Part shown: in pieces, positions 36,001 through 47,910 of the stretch
Layout of the letters: each line of letters begins with the position of its first letter
Numbering within the stretch: position 1 is the first letter of the stretch
DNA from: Phyllosticta citribraziliensis
Taxonomy: Eukaryota
Reading direction: 5' to 3'
Length of the DNA: 64,000 bases
Assembly: GCF_038025025.1 (NCBI RefSeq)
Contig: NW_027117352.1
Coordinates: 620,001-684,000 of the forward strand
Translations under genes and position numbers: made by a program
The notes under the pieces: model-generated
Seen by the model: only the letters and a program-made list of their open reading frames with translations
Databases searched by the model: none
Told to the model about the DNA's origin: nothing

Positions 36001-36800
36001 TCGTCAACCCCGACGGTACCGTCACCTCCACGCCACGCGCGACCCAAATCCCTTTCCGTCCGCTGACAATTGACCACACGGAGGCGGCGACTCAAGTACT
36101 CCCAAAAGACTTCACCAAGCCACTGCGCGCCCAGATCTCCAAGCTACTCACGCGCCAACACACCGAGCTGCTGCACCAAGAACTCGTCAGCGACTGGGCC
36201 TTCCCACAACTCCCCGGCTCGCACCTCTCCCTCGACAACCCGACTCTGCAGCTCGTCAAATCCCTCATGCAAGTGCTCTCGCTCGACAAGAGCATCCACC
36301 TCGAAGTGCGCATCCTGCGCAAAGACCTGCTCAAGCTCTTCGACGTGCGCGAATTCAGCGCGCAAGCCGCCTTCGCCAACCCGTCGGCCTCGCTCTGGCT
36401 CCGCGGCCTCGTCTGCGACGACTGCACCGCCGCCCGCGACCTCGACCTGTGCCGCGACGCCGACGTCTTCGCCGACGGCACGTCGGGCGAGGCCGCCGCG
36501 CCCAAGTGGCGCTGCCCCAACTGCGACGCCCCCTTCGACCGCCTACGCATCGAGGAGCGCCTGCTCGCTGAGGTCCAGCGCCTCGCCGTCGAGTGGTGCA
36601 CCCAGGACGTCAAGTGCGCCAAGTGCGGCCGCCTCCGCGCAAATGACTTTATGGAGCACTGTGCTTGCGCCGGCGAGTGGGTGCCTACGTGCAAGGTCGA
36701 CGTTGTGCGCGAGCGTTTAGGCGTTTACGCGCGCGTTGCTCGCTTCTACCGCATGGGTATGCTGGGGGATGTGTGTAAGGAGGTTGGCGGTGGCTTGTGA
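30009..36800 (+). CDS. POL2: DNA polymerase epsilon catalytic subunit
   Basis: Introns 30623-30668 and 30809-30858. Exonuclease motif DIETTKLPLKFPD, PolB motifs YHLDVASMYPNIM, KVILNSFYGY and LELDTDGIWC, and C-terminal Cys clusters. Confidence 0.98.
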
Positions 36801-39205
36801 GAGGCGCTTTCAAAAGTTTGAGAGGAACTGCTCTTTCTTGTTGTGAGCTGGCTTATGTGCGTGGGTGATGGGTACCTGAAGTCACATTTACGGCGGCCTG
36901 GCTGGCTGACGGGCTTCCTTTGGGCCAGGCGAACACGGCGTCGGTGCATTGTGTATTGCGTGTGTCGACTTCTTTCTGTTATCTTCCTTCCTTTCTCTCT
37001 TCCATTTGGTTTTCTGCATGCATGAATTGGCGCCCGTCTTGGTCGATTGATTCCCTCCCCTGTCGCTTTTCACCTTTTTTTCCGTCTTTCTCGTTTCTCC
37101 TTTCCAAAACAGGCAGACCAGGCGGCATCCGCGGCATTCGCGGCATCTTCCCTCTTGTCTGCCGTGGCGCGCCGGCTTCTGGGAGCGTTGTACGGCTTAC
37201 AGTTCGTAGAGAGGGCAGTAAAGCATCTTCAACACTCACCATTCAACACGCGCCAACGACTGACTAAATGACCGAGAGCCTGACTGAGAACCCACCAGTT
37301 GAACGTCAATACACCCACGCGGCGTGCGTATCTTGTCTTGTTTGATCTGCGATACACTCGCTCCACCTCGACCGCCGCTTCTGCGCGTGAGTATCAAGCG
37401 GCGCCGTCGCTATCGTGCTTGACTGGCCTGTGGACTTACATGTAGATGGGTTCGCCGCCGCTGGCCAATTGACTGAGTGATTGAACGAACAGAGGAACAG
37501 ACAGATGGACAGATGGGCAGGCATATCCAACGCGTCATGCCAATGAGCCGCAGCCAGACTGGGGCGGGCCAGTGGCGAGGCTATCTTGACGATTTGCATG
37601 AGCTGCTGAGGCTGGCGGGCGGATGGCGGATCAAACAGGAGCCGAGAAGAGCAGAGCCAAGAAGAGTAAAGAAGAGCAGAAGGATGGGTAGAGGAGCAAG
37701 ATTTTCGTCACCTGAGAACCTATCACATGTCGATGCACCCGCGCCGCGTGTTTGGTTGGCTTGATCGATTGGCAGACGCTTCCGCCCTGGCCACTTGGAC
37801 TGAGCCGACCCATAAAGTCTGTGTTCTACGACCGACATGCATCCATTGACATGGAATACACACGCGCGCGGACTTCACGAATCAAGGTTCAAGATAGCCG
37901 CCAGAATCATGTCAGAGACGGGCTGGGCGGACCGCGCTGCGGACCAACCAACCAAACGGACGGACGGACGGACCAGACGCGCCCCGCTTGCCCGCCGTCT
38001 CTCCGGAAAAAGGCGCGTGTGAGTGGTCGGCGGGTCGGCGGGTCGGCGGCTGTCACGTCTATCGCAGCAGAAGCTTTTGAGATACAAGGGCTGGACTCCT
38101 TGCTCTAGCGGCGGCCTTTTATGATTCAAGCCGGAGGAGGAGAGACTTTGGGTCACTACAATGGGGGATGGTGTATTTTGGGGGATGTTGAGATTGTCTG
38201 CTTTTGAGGTCAAAAAGAGGGGGGATTTTGGAAATTCTGGGGGCAGTTCCGCTCAACTATGGAGGCTTTCCGCGGGAGGAGGGAGCTTACGGGGTTTCTC
38301 TGCAAGATTGGCATGAGAGGGGTGGAGAAGGGGGTAATAATTGCGCTGCGTGGCCCAGCCCCTCGCTGCATTGATTACGAACCTGAAGCGCTTCGCCTCG
38401 AAAGACAGCTATGACCTGTCTGCACGCAGTCTACTCACCTTCTGGGTGTACCGTCTGCTCAGCCGGCGCGAACGCTGGACGAAAAGTTTGAGAGGCCAAT
38501 CATTCCCTTGACGACAACGAACGTGCTGCTTGGGGGGGCAAGTTGTTTGTCGTTTTGTGGTTCCGTCTGGGGGGCCGACAGCGATTCCAACTTGGGCTGC
38601 AGCAATCCGTCTCTCTCAGGCAACAGAAGGGAGGACAAGACGCATCGCCGTTGGCTCATGGCGGCGGGTTTGCTGCCATGGAAGCCACACAGCGCTTCCG
38701 CACCCAAAGCAGCCCTGAGACTTGCTCTCTAGCACTCCATTTCCTCTTCGGTAACCTCATCCTGATCAGCATGCCGACGGAAGGGAAAAGATTGTCTTCA
38801 GCTCGACGAGGGCAACGAAGATGTCATGGTCTTCAACGCCAGAGTCGACGTCACTGCCGCCTCCAGAACAGTGTCTCATTCCTGGACTCACACCTCCCTC
38901 CCGTTATCCATCTCTCTCAATATCAGCCGGCAGGAAGATTTTCCAGGATGCGCTGAGCAAAGGAGGGCCGCTTTGAATGGTCAGACTGAAATTTGCGAAC
39001 GGGCAGGCGTCGTGAGGACGATTGCGGTGTGGAGAAGGAGAGTGGTCGGGCGCGCTCTATCACAGGACAATGAACTCGATGCGGCCTGCAAATTCGGCGT
39101 CAGGAAGAACGAAACGTCGACTGCGTCGGAAATTTGTGCAGCTGGGTTTCTCGGGGAGCTGTTCAGTCGTCCTTCACAGGCTGGTGGAGCTTTGAAGTCG
39201 GTGAC

Positions 39206-39472
39206 TGTTGGTGGTCCTGTGTAACAACACCAAGCAGTCTCCCATCACATCATCTCAGCTACAGTTCGCCTAGACAACTACAGCTTATCCAGACAATAAC
39301 TTACTACTTCAGTCAAGATACACTTATCTATCAGCTTCATACATCTTAACAAGTTCAGGACTTATTAGCAGTTAGCACCAGCTACTACTCCCCCTAATAG
39401 TTTTAGCAGTATATAGATAGCTCTTAGAGTAGCCTTAAATAGAGTCTTTAGTTCTCTCATCTTACTTTATTA
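39206..39472 (+). repeat. 5' LTR (267 bp)
   Basis: tgttggtggtcctgtgtaacaacacc...cttactttatta aligns with 44128-44394, differing by transitions. Confidence 0.95.
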
Positions 39473-39485
39473 GGTTATAAGCCCT
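39473..39485 (+). other. Primer-binding site complementary to the initiator tRNA-Met anticodon stem-loop
   Basis: ggttataagccct directly after the 5' LTR equals GGTTATGAGCCCT with one RIP-type G>A change. Confidence 0.8.
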
Positions 39486-42400
39486 TATATTATACATATA
39501 AATTACTTATCTAGCTTATTTTAGTTTTATACTATAATACTATCTATATAATTATTACTAATAGTTATTTTATTATTTTATTATTTTATCCCTTATTATC
39601 TTATATAATTCCTACTCTTTAATAAATTTATTAGTATTATTTATCTCTATAACTCTAAGTAATATACTAATAGTTATTACTTTTACTATAACTTTACCTT
39701 CCCTTCCTCTCTTATTATCTAGTAGTTTAGGCTTTACTACTACCTTATCTTCTATACTAGCTAAGTAGGCTAAGGCTAAAGAAGAGGTAGACCTAACTAT
39801 AAATAATAATAAGTTTAATATCCCTTTAAAGAATATCTAGCTACTTAAAGGCCCTACTAACTAGGTAACCTTTAAGATAATAGTTAAGATAAGGCTTAGT
39901 CTATTCTATTATACCTATTTACTTAAGGATAAGCTAAAAAATACTACTAATTATAAGAAGGATATATATATTATCTACTAATTTATAATAATTATTATAC
40001 TTCTTATTATAATAGTACTATAGGGGTATACTAGTTTAGCTTACTCTATATAATAGAAGCTTTATAATATATATAATACTAAGGGTATCCTCTTTAAGAC
40101 TAATATTATTAAGGACTTTATCTTCTATTAATATAGTAATTTTATAATAGTAAAGGAATTCTATAATACCCTATATAAATAAAGATAAGCCTATATTAGC
40201 TATATTTAATAGTAAGTTAAGAACTAGATTCTCTATATTCTACTCTTAAAAAACTTATAGGATAATATTTCTATCTAGTATATAACTTAGTATATAAATT
40301 AGTATAATAAGAAGAAGATATCTAAGTTTAAGGATCTCTTCTATACTATAACTAATAAGATTAAATATACTAGTAAGAATAGTACTATAGCTCTTACTAT
40401 TTATACTAGTTAGTAGTCTACTAAGTAGTCTAAGTCTAACTATACTACCTATAATTACTATAAAAAGAAGAGATATATTAAGACTAAATATAGCTATTTT
40501 TACCTTAAATACTATCCTACCTATTAGAAGCTAGTATTAGAGGTATTCTATATACTAGATAATTAAGTCTCTAAACTACTAATAGTAGTAATAGTAATAA
40601 TAATATTAATAACTAACCCTCTAGTATAAGGTATAAACTACTTTACTACCCTATACCTATATCTAGCTTTAATAAAGGATAAATAGATTATTAATACTAG
40701 GGCTAATACCTACTATATACTAAATTTAACTAAGCTAATAAACTACTTATAATTTATATAGCTAGTCTAGGTATATAGTTTAGGTATAATAATAGCTATT
40801 AGCTATAGTAATACTATACTCTACTATCCTATAAATAGTATAGTTAATAGTCTTATAATAGAGGGTATTCTATATATTCTAGTACTAATAGTTAGTCTTA
40901 TCTTAGCTTTAAAACTTAAATAAAAGGGATTATATCTAGATTAGCTTACCTCTATATTATAAATATAAAACTATAGAATAGCTATTATAGCTTACCCTAA
41001 TAATTTAGGGGTAAATATTTTAATAGTTATTAATAATAATTATATAGTATAAGTATTTACTATAGTAACTCCTCCTATAGTAATATATAAGATATAGTAC
41101 TAGTAATTAGGGTATATCTATACTAGCGCGCTTAATAAGCTCTAGTACTAGGGATAACTTATTATTATTAGTAACTAAGACTTCTATTATAAATCCTACT
41201 ATATAGCTAAGTCTTACTAGATAGTATTATATAAACTAATACCTTAAGTAGATGCGCCCTTTAGACGCATCTATATTAATATATTTAGACTACTTATAGT
41301 TAGCTATAATAGCTACTATTAGAGGGTAGTATTTATAGATAACTACTTATATCTATAATACTTATTAGTTATAAAGACTAAGGGTAATACCTTTAATAGT
41401 ATTTAAAACTTTAGTAAATAGACTAAAATCTAGTTTTAATATAAGATCTAAGCCCTCTAAATAGATAATAGTATAGAGTTTAGTAGCTAAAAGCTACTAG
41501 TATAGGTAAAGATAGAGGGTATTAAGGTTAAAAAGATAGTACTATACTTATCTAAGTAAAATAGTATTAGTAAGTTATCTATATACCTTATTACTAGTAT
41601 AGCCTATTCTATAAGTATTATATTAAATATACCTTAATTATTATAGATAGAAGTCTATTAATATATAATATATCTTCTTAACTATCTTCCTACTTATATA
41701 CTTAATAGTAAGATACTAGTTAATATTTTTAATAATACTATTAGTAGGTATAAGGATATCTAGTTACTAGTACTAGTCTTTAGTATTACTATATATACTT
41801 ATATCCTAGTTAAGAAGCGTCTTAAGAGTGCTAAATTTAATATAAGAGTAGAAAAAAAATAGTTTATTAGCTATAACTATAAGTATATCTTTTAGATATA
41901 TCTCCCTTAAATAAACTAGGTTATTTATACTTAGGATATATATTTTAGACCTCCTTAATAGCTAGACTTAATAGCTACTATAAATAATATAGAAGATAGA
42001 AAAGTTAAGAATAGTAATAATAAGATACTTATTATATATCTTATATTAAAAATAGTTTAAGATACTCTTAAAGGTAATACTAAAGTAATCTATAATATAG
42101 TAGAATAAGTAATTAAAGTAGTAGAAAGGTCTAATATAGGTAGTATAGATATTAGTAGTAGAGGTAAAGAGGATATATTTATAGATATTATACTATTAGT
42201 AGATAAAATAGATTAGATTAATATCTCTCTAGCTAATAAATATACTAGATCTAATAATTTAGTACTTACTAATTTAACTTTAACTCTACTACTACTCTTA
42301 CTATCTCTATTACCTATACCTACTCTACTACTAATAGTACTATTATAATACTCTTAGTAGATTTATACTAAGATATAATTCTTTAATAAGAAATATAGTT

Positions 42401-44127
42401 TAAATAATACTTAACCTCCTTAACTATCTACTTACTATATATGCGCCTTTACTACTATAAAAAATACTACTTATTACTAATAAGATACTATTCCTACTAA
42501 TAAGGTTCTACCTTACTTATAGTATAAGGCCCTTATAGGGCTAAAATCTATCTATTAGAGACCCTTTATAAATAAGTAGATATAGAAGTTAACTAATACT
42601 AGTACCTTTAAAGAGACTAACTATCTATTAGATAGCTCTTAGATACTACTACTATAATAGATCTAGGTCTATAAGCTTAATAAGCTAGATAAGAAGGTTA
42701 TCTATAAGAGCTATATTATAGTTTTAGATAATCTTTAATATAAGAAATTTAATATATCTAAAGTATTATTACTAGTTATTATATTTCCTACTTTTATACT
42801 ATTTTTAGTAATTAATATCTATTATTACCTATTTTATAAGTAAGGGGATATTAAGATAGCCTTTCTTAATATACTACTAAAAGACCTAGTCTATATCTAT
42901 ATACCTTCTAGATACTAGGTCTTATAATAAGTTTAGTATCTCTAAAGAGCCTTATATAGCTTATACTAGTTACTACTTATTTAGTTTTAGTACCTCTATA
43001 ATTTCTTATACTACCTAGGTTTCTACTCTCTCCCTTTAAAACCTTATATTATAAGATACTAGGATAAGCTTATATTTATCCTTATCTATATTAATAATCT
43101 CTATATTACTACTAAAACTAAGTCTAAAGTTAATAAAATTATCTTACTACTTAATACTAAGTTCTACTTTAAAGATATAGGCTAACTATATTACTTCTTT
43201 AGTCTTTATATTAATTAATATATAAATAGTATAATTATACTATCCTAAGGTAGATATATTTAAAATATTCTTATATAGTTTAGTATAAGTAATACTATAT
43301 ATATTCTTATACTAATAGATTCCTATAAATTATATACGTATAATAGTAAGAATAACCTAGACTATTAATAGCTTTATAGTAAGATTATTAGCTTACTTAT
43401 ATAGTATATAATAAGATACTACCTAGCTATTCTTTTCCCTACTACTTATCTCTTATAATATACCTATAACTTATTAAATAAATACCTTACTACTACTTAC
43501 TAAGTCCTTTAATACTTATAGGGTATATATAATTATAGAATTATTCTATACCCTAGTAATAATAGCACTCTTAGCTTATAAATCTATATAGATACTACTT
43601 TTACTAATAATCTAGATACTTATTAGTCCTTATTAGGCTATATTATTATAGCTTTAGATAGTTTACTATATATAAAGAGTAGAAGATAGAAGCTTATTAG
43701 TATATCTATAATAGAAGCTAAGTTTATTAACCTTACTCTTACTATTAAATAAGCTATCTAGATAACTTAAGTTCTTATTAAAATAGGTTATAAGGGCCCT
43801 AATACTTAACTAATCTAGCTCTATAATAATAATAAGAACGCTATCTAATTTACTAATAGTATAGAGTTTAATACTACTATAAAATATATTAATCTATACT
43901 ACTAGTATATTAAGTAGGTAGTTATAGATAGAACTATAACTATCTCTTATATCTCTACTAATAAGATAATTATAGATAGGCTTACTAAAGTATTAGTAAT
44001 AGTTAAGTACTACTACTTTTATAACCTTATTAGGTATAGACTAATATAGTAAGTTTTCTATTTAGTTAATATAACTACTTATATATCTACTCTACTATAA
44101 CTATCTCTTTTTTTATCCTAGGGGGTA

Positions 44128-44394
44128 TATTAGTAGTCCTATATAATAATACTAAGTAGTCTCCTATTATATCATCTTAGCTATAGTTTACCTAGATAAC
44201 TATAGCTTATCTAGATGATAACTTACTACTTTAGTTAAGATACGCTTATCTATTAGCTTTATATATCTTAATGAGTTTAGGACTTATTGGTAGTTAGTAC
44301 TGGCTACTGCTCCCCCTGGTGGTTTTAGCAGTATATAGATAGCTCTTAGAGTAGCCTTAAATGGAGTCTTCAGTTCTCTCATCTTACTTCGTCA
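44128..44394 (+). repeat. 3' LTR (267 bp)
   Basis: tattagtagtcctatataataatact...cttacttcgtca, followed by the TSD gtgac. Confidence 0.95.
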
Positions 44395-46687
44395 GTGACA
44401 AGACTTTCGGATGCAACAGCCTGGGATTCTGCACGGGAAACAGCGACGAGCGCAATTCGCTGTGCGAAAACCAGTCAGTTGTGTACAGAATCCGCAGTCG
44501 TAGCGGCCATCTCCATCTCGTCGGATGGGCTTCGACAGGCAAGAGGAGCAGCTCGACTCCTGAATGCCGCCGCAGAGCTACAGGGGGAGCTCCGCTCTAC
44601 TTCCGACAACACCTCAACCACCAATGCCCAGACTTTCGAAAGGACGACCTTCGCTCAAGTCCGGCGGGGAGAAGCTCAATGTGATGATGCCCACGTTCGG
44701 CCCCGAGGGCATCATGACCGTGACTCGATTCTGCCCGCATTCCAATTATGAAATTCTCTCCGTTTCCCGCGTTTACCACGATAGCCGCCATGAGCTGAGC
44801 AAATTCAAACAAGGCAGCGGTCAGGAAGCTGATCACAGGCGCCCCACCTTTGGGCTCAGTTCAGAGCTCGAGTGGGGACGGCCTCATCTTGCGTGGCATT
44901 GTCAACCTCGAACTCAACATCTTTGATCGAATGCAAACAAGCTTTGCCATGTGGAGTCGCGTGCACGTCCCGTGGCGGTAGAGAAAGTTGGCCAGCACGC
45001 GCCGACCCCCCGCGCTTGACAAAATCCATTGTCCTATGAAAGACAGAGCGTGCTCAACGTGCTTTGGTGGTCCGGAATTTATTCAGCTCGAACTGATAAG
45101 ATCTAATTCTAGAACAAGATTCTGGCCCGTCCATGACTTCAGTGGCGAAGGGGCAACGGTGCAATTGCTCGGCCTTTTACAATATGAGATGTTGGATATA
45201 CTTCAAAGAGCTCATTTGCAAGCTGGGCTGGAAAGATCATTTTTACTGCTCTGGGCTACAGTCACGAACTCGGGGGTGCGGTTTGCGCTCGCAACACCAG
45301 GCACTCGGCCTACAGTTTACCGAGTCTCTTCAGCATCATGTCTCAATCACGAATGCCATTGGAGAGCGCATGTGCCGAAGTAGCTTCGGCTTATCCCGCT
45401 GTGCATACGCTTTGACTGAGATGACTCGGGGGAGTCAGTTCGTCGAAAATGCCAATGCGACGGATCGAGTTCCTCACGAGTTCCCCACGAGTTCCCCACG
45501 CCATTCAGAGACGCTTCTCATTGGACAAGCCCAGGGTTCCATTCAACTAGGGAGTTCGACTTGCTACGAGCAAAGCAAAAAAGCAACATTGCGATAAGCT
45601 CAGCTGGACTCCTCGTCGCCCGAGTTGCTCTTCGACTGCATCCTGGCGCGCGGGAACCCGTTGAACACTGCCCACAGAAGGCTATTCTAGCCACCGTAAA
45701 GACGTGATCTGCAAAACATGATCAACCGTCAGGTAGTTGAAGCATAGTTCGTGTCTTGCCTTGGTGGAATTCAAACCACAGCAAATCAACGACACCACGA
45801 CTTGACGCCGTAAGCTTTCACGGCGCATATGCTTTACGTCATACCGAGCCGATTCCAATCTCCGCGGCAAAGAGGGACAGCGAAAGAATGCCCGCGAAGC
45901 CGAAGCATGGCCCGAGACAAGCAATGACGCGAACAGCCTGCCGTAGTCTTAAAGGTGCTGGCATCCAAAGCTTACTGTGACAAGATTCGAGAACTCTAAA
46001 GATCCCGGCACATTTCTCGGCAGCTACACATCTTTCTTTGTACCACTTTCAAAGGGACAATGGTTCTGGCAGGCGATTGAAAGCGCTATGAATCAAAGGG
46101 GACATCGTGAGGCTGTTCTTGGCTCGGTCAAGAAAATTGACAGGACTGCGGACGCAAAAGAGGCCCGTTGAGTGAATTTTGCTGCTCTTTTAGCGCGAAC
46201 AGCAATTGAGTGGCAGTTTGATCGAGACTGCCGTAAATTGAGCCGCTGAGTTGCATGGCATGAACAGAAAATGGTGAGATCTACTGCCACGTGTGTCGTT
46301 CGCTCTGGCTGTGAGGTTTGTCGGTGACCAAAGTGGGTCTCATGGCCACTTCAAGACAACGAGCGGAGAGACTAAAGCACTAAAGAAGTCGTACAGGAAA
46401 AATATAGGAAAGGACGCCTAGAAATTTAGCAAATGGGAACACAGCATCTTGCCACGTTGGCTATCTTAATAGCGATCGATTAGGTCATTAAGGTTGTGTG
46501 CCTTTTTGGCGCTTTTAAAAATACGCCAGAACCTAAAACACAAGTCGAGCATAAGCGAGAGCTGACAGCGACCATCATCATGTTTTCGACAATGGATCTT
46601 GAGCATCTATAAGTAAAGTCGCAAGTGATGGGAGAGGTTTCCAGTTCCAGCATTAGATCACTCTGTTTACTTGCAACGCAAACAATA

Positions 46688-47910
46688 ATGTGTCTTTTTA
46701 ACATAATTCACCTCTTTCTACAGTGCTTGTTGCTGTCAGGCGCCATAGCGATGCCCTTGCACCTGCTTCAAACCCCGGGACCACCATTATTTGAACTCTT
46801 TATGGAAGAAAACGGAGAGCTCGTTCCCCTCAACAGATCCGACCCTTTGCATATGCCACCGGAGCCCTCGTACAAGGGACTGCCGATGAAGACGCAGTGG
46901 AACGAGTACAACGAGGTCCAGCATGTAGTTCAGATCGAACTGCTCGACATCCACACGTACCGAAAGCACTTCCTGGCTGGACCCTCGTGGCAGGACCTCG
47001 AACTGTCAGACGAGGATATCGAGGACATCAGGTGAGTGGCACAAACTCTTCCAGCATTCTGACCGCCGGACTCACCGAAACAACTCAGACAGTCCCACTT
47101 CAACAAAAGCTACGATCCCAGGCCGTATGCCAAATCAAAAATGAAGAAATTGATGAAACGCGACCCCTTCCTCATCCCTCAGCATTGTGACGCCAAAAGT
47201 GTGAACTACAAATCGACAGGCGTCGTTCACAACACAAACATGCACTCCAAAGGAGCCGTACATCTGGCGTGCCAACAGATTTGCAATCCTGTCAAGGGTC
47301 AATTTTCAGCGACTGTGCAGCATCAATCTTCTCTTGGTTGGTCAGTATCGTCAAAGGATTTGCCATACGCGCAACAGGCCGCAGTGAGTCTCTCCGTTTG
47401 AGTTTCGAGAGATCATTGACCAACAACTGGAATTAGAAAGACTACATGGGGAAATTCGCCAAGTATGCGCTTGGATTCGTGAAGGAGCTGGGTCTGGGAG
47501 TTTCGGGGAGTGAAGCGGACAGGTCAGTGTTCCATCCGAAGCGCCAGTGACCAAAACTGACCTTGACGTATCATAGTGTGGGCTACAGCCATGCCTACAC
47601 GGCGGATTGCGTAGTTGAAAACAGTGCCTGCTTTCTTGCCGAACGGCCGAATGTGATTGTCAGAAAAGGAGATTCAAGCGTCGGTTGCGTCCTTTGGCAG
47701 ATGGCCGGAGTTCCATGCTGATGAGAACAGCATCAAGCTTTCACGAGCCAAGGATCTCGCTGTCCAGACTACGATTTCACGACCACGGGCTGGGAAGGTC
47801 ACACGCTGTATGGTGAAAAGGATGCGGAAGGCGGTACGTTGATTGGCGACCGACGAATTCACGGCATGCAGGCTGACTTTAGCAGCTGTTTGGGATCAGT
47901 GCTACACTGA
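46688..47910 (+). CDS. Secreted protein (~335 aa) with signal peptide, propeptide and Kex2-like KR site; candidate effector or toxin
   Basis: Five exons (46688-47031, 47089-47383, 47437-47522, 47577-47679, 47731-47910). The 51-57 nt GT..AG introns have branch-like sites and all join in frame. N-terminus MCLFNIIHLFLQCLLLSGAIA-MP; LMKR|DPF at residues 136-142. Confidence 0.7.

Larger units (their letters stand above)
39206..44394 (+). mobile_element. Full-length Ty1/copia LTR retrotransposon inactivated by RIP
   Basis: TG...CA ends, 5-bp TSD GTGAC (39201-39205 and 44395-44399), two 267-bp LTRs, PBS at 39473 and G-rich PPT at ~44120-44127. The extremely TpA-rich interior has no ORFs. De-RIPped motifs run in PR-INT-RT-RH order (WIIDTGA ~40685, WHxRLGH ~41093, DNGTEF ~41464, QGDIKTAFLN ~42841, ALYGL ~42949, IYVDDL ~43085, ADGLTK ~43972). 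Confidence 0.95.

Noticed and set aside
36850..38300. Possible ncRNA or tRNA in the long intergenic region after POL2
   Set aside because: No cloverleaf, Pol III box pattern or clear inverted repeat could be identified by eye.
39473..44127. AT-rich block as organellar insert, centromere or foreign DNA
   Set aside because: It is bounded by LTRs and a TSD, is TpA-enriched and CpA/TpG-depleted, and retains copia pol motifs, so RIP explains it fully.
44950..46450. Short ORFs between the copia element and the secreted gene
   Set aside because: No motifs, coherent splice structure or codon bias that I could support.
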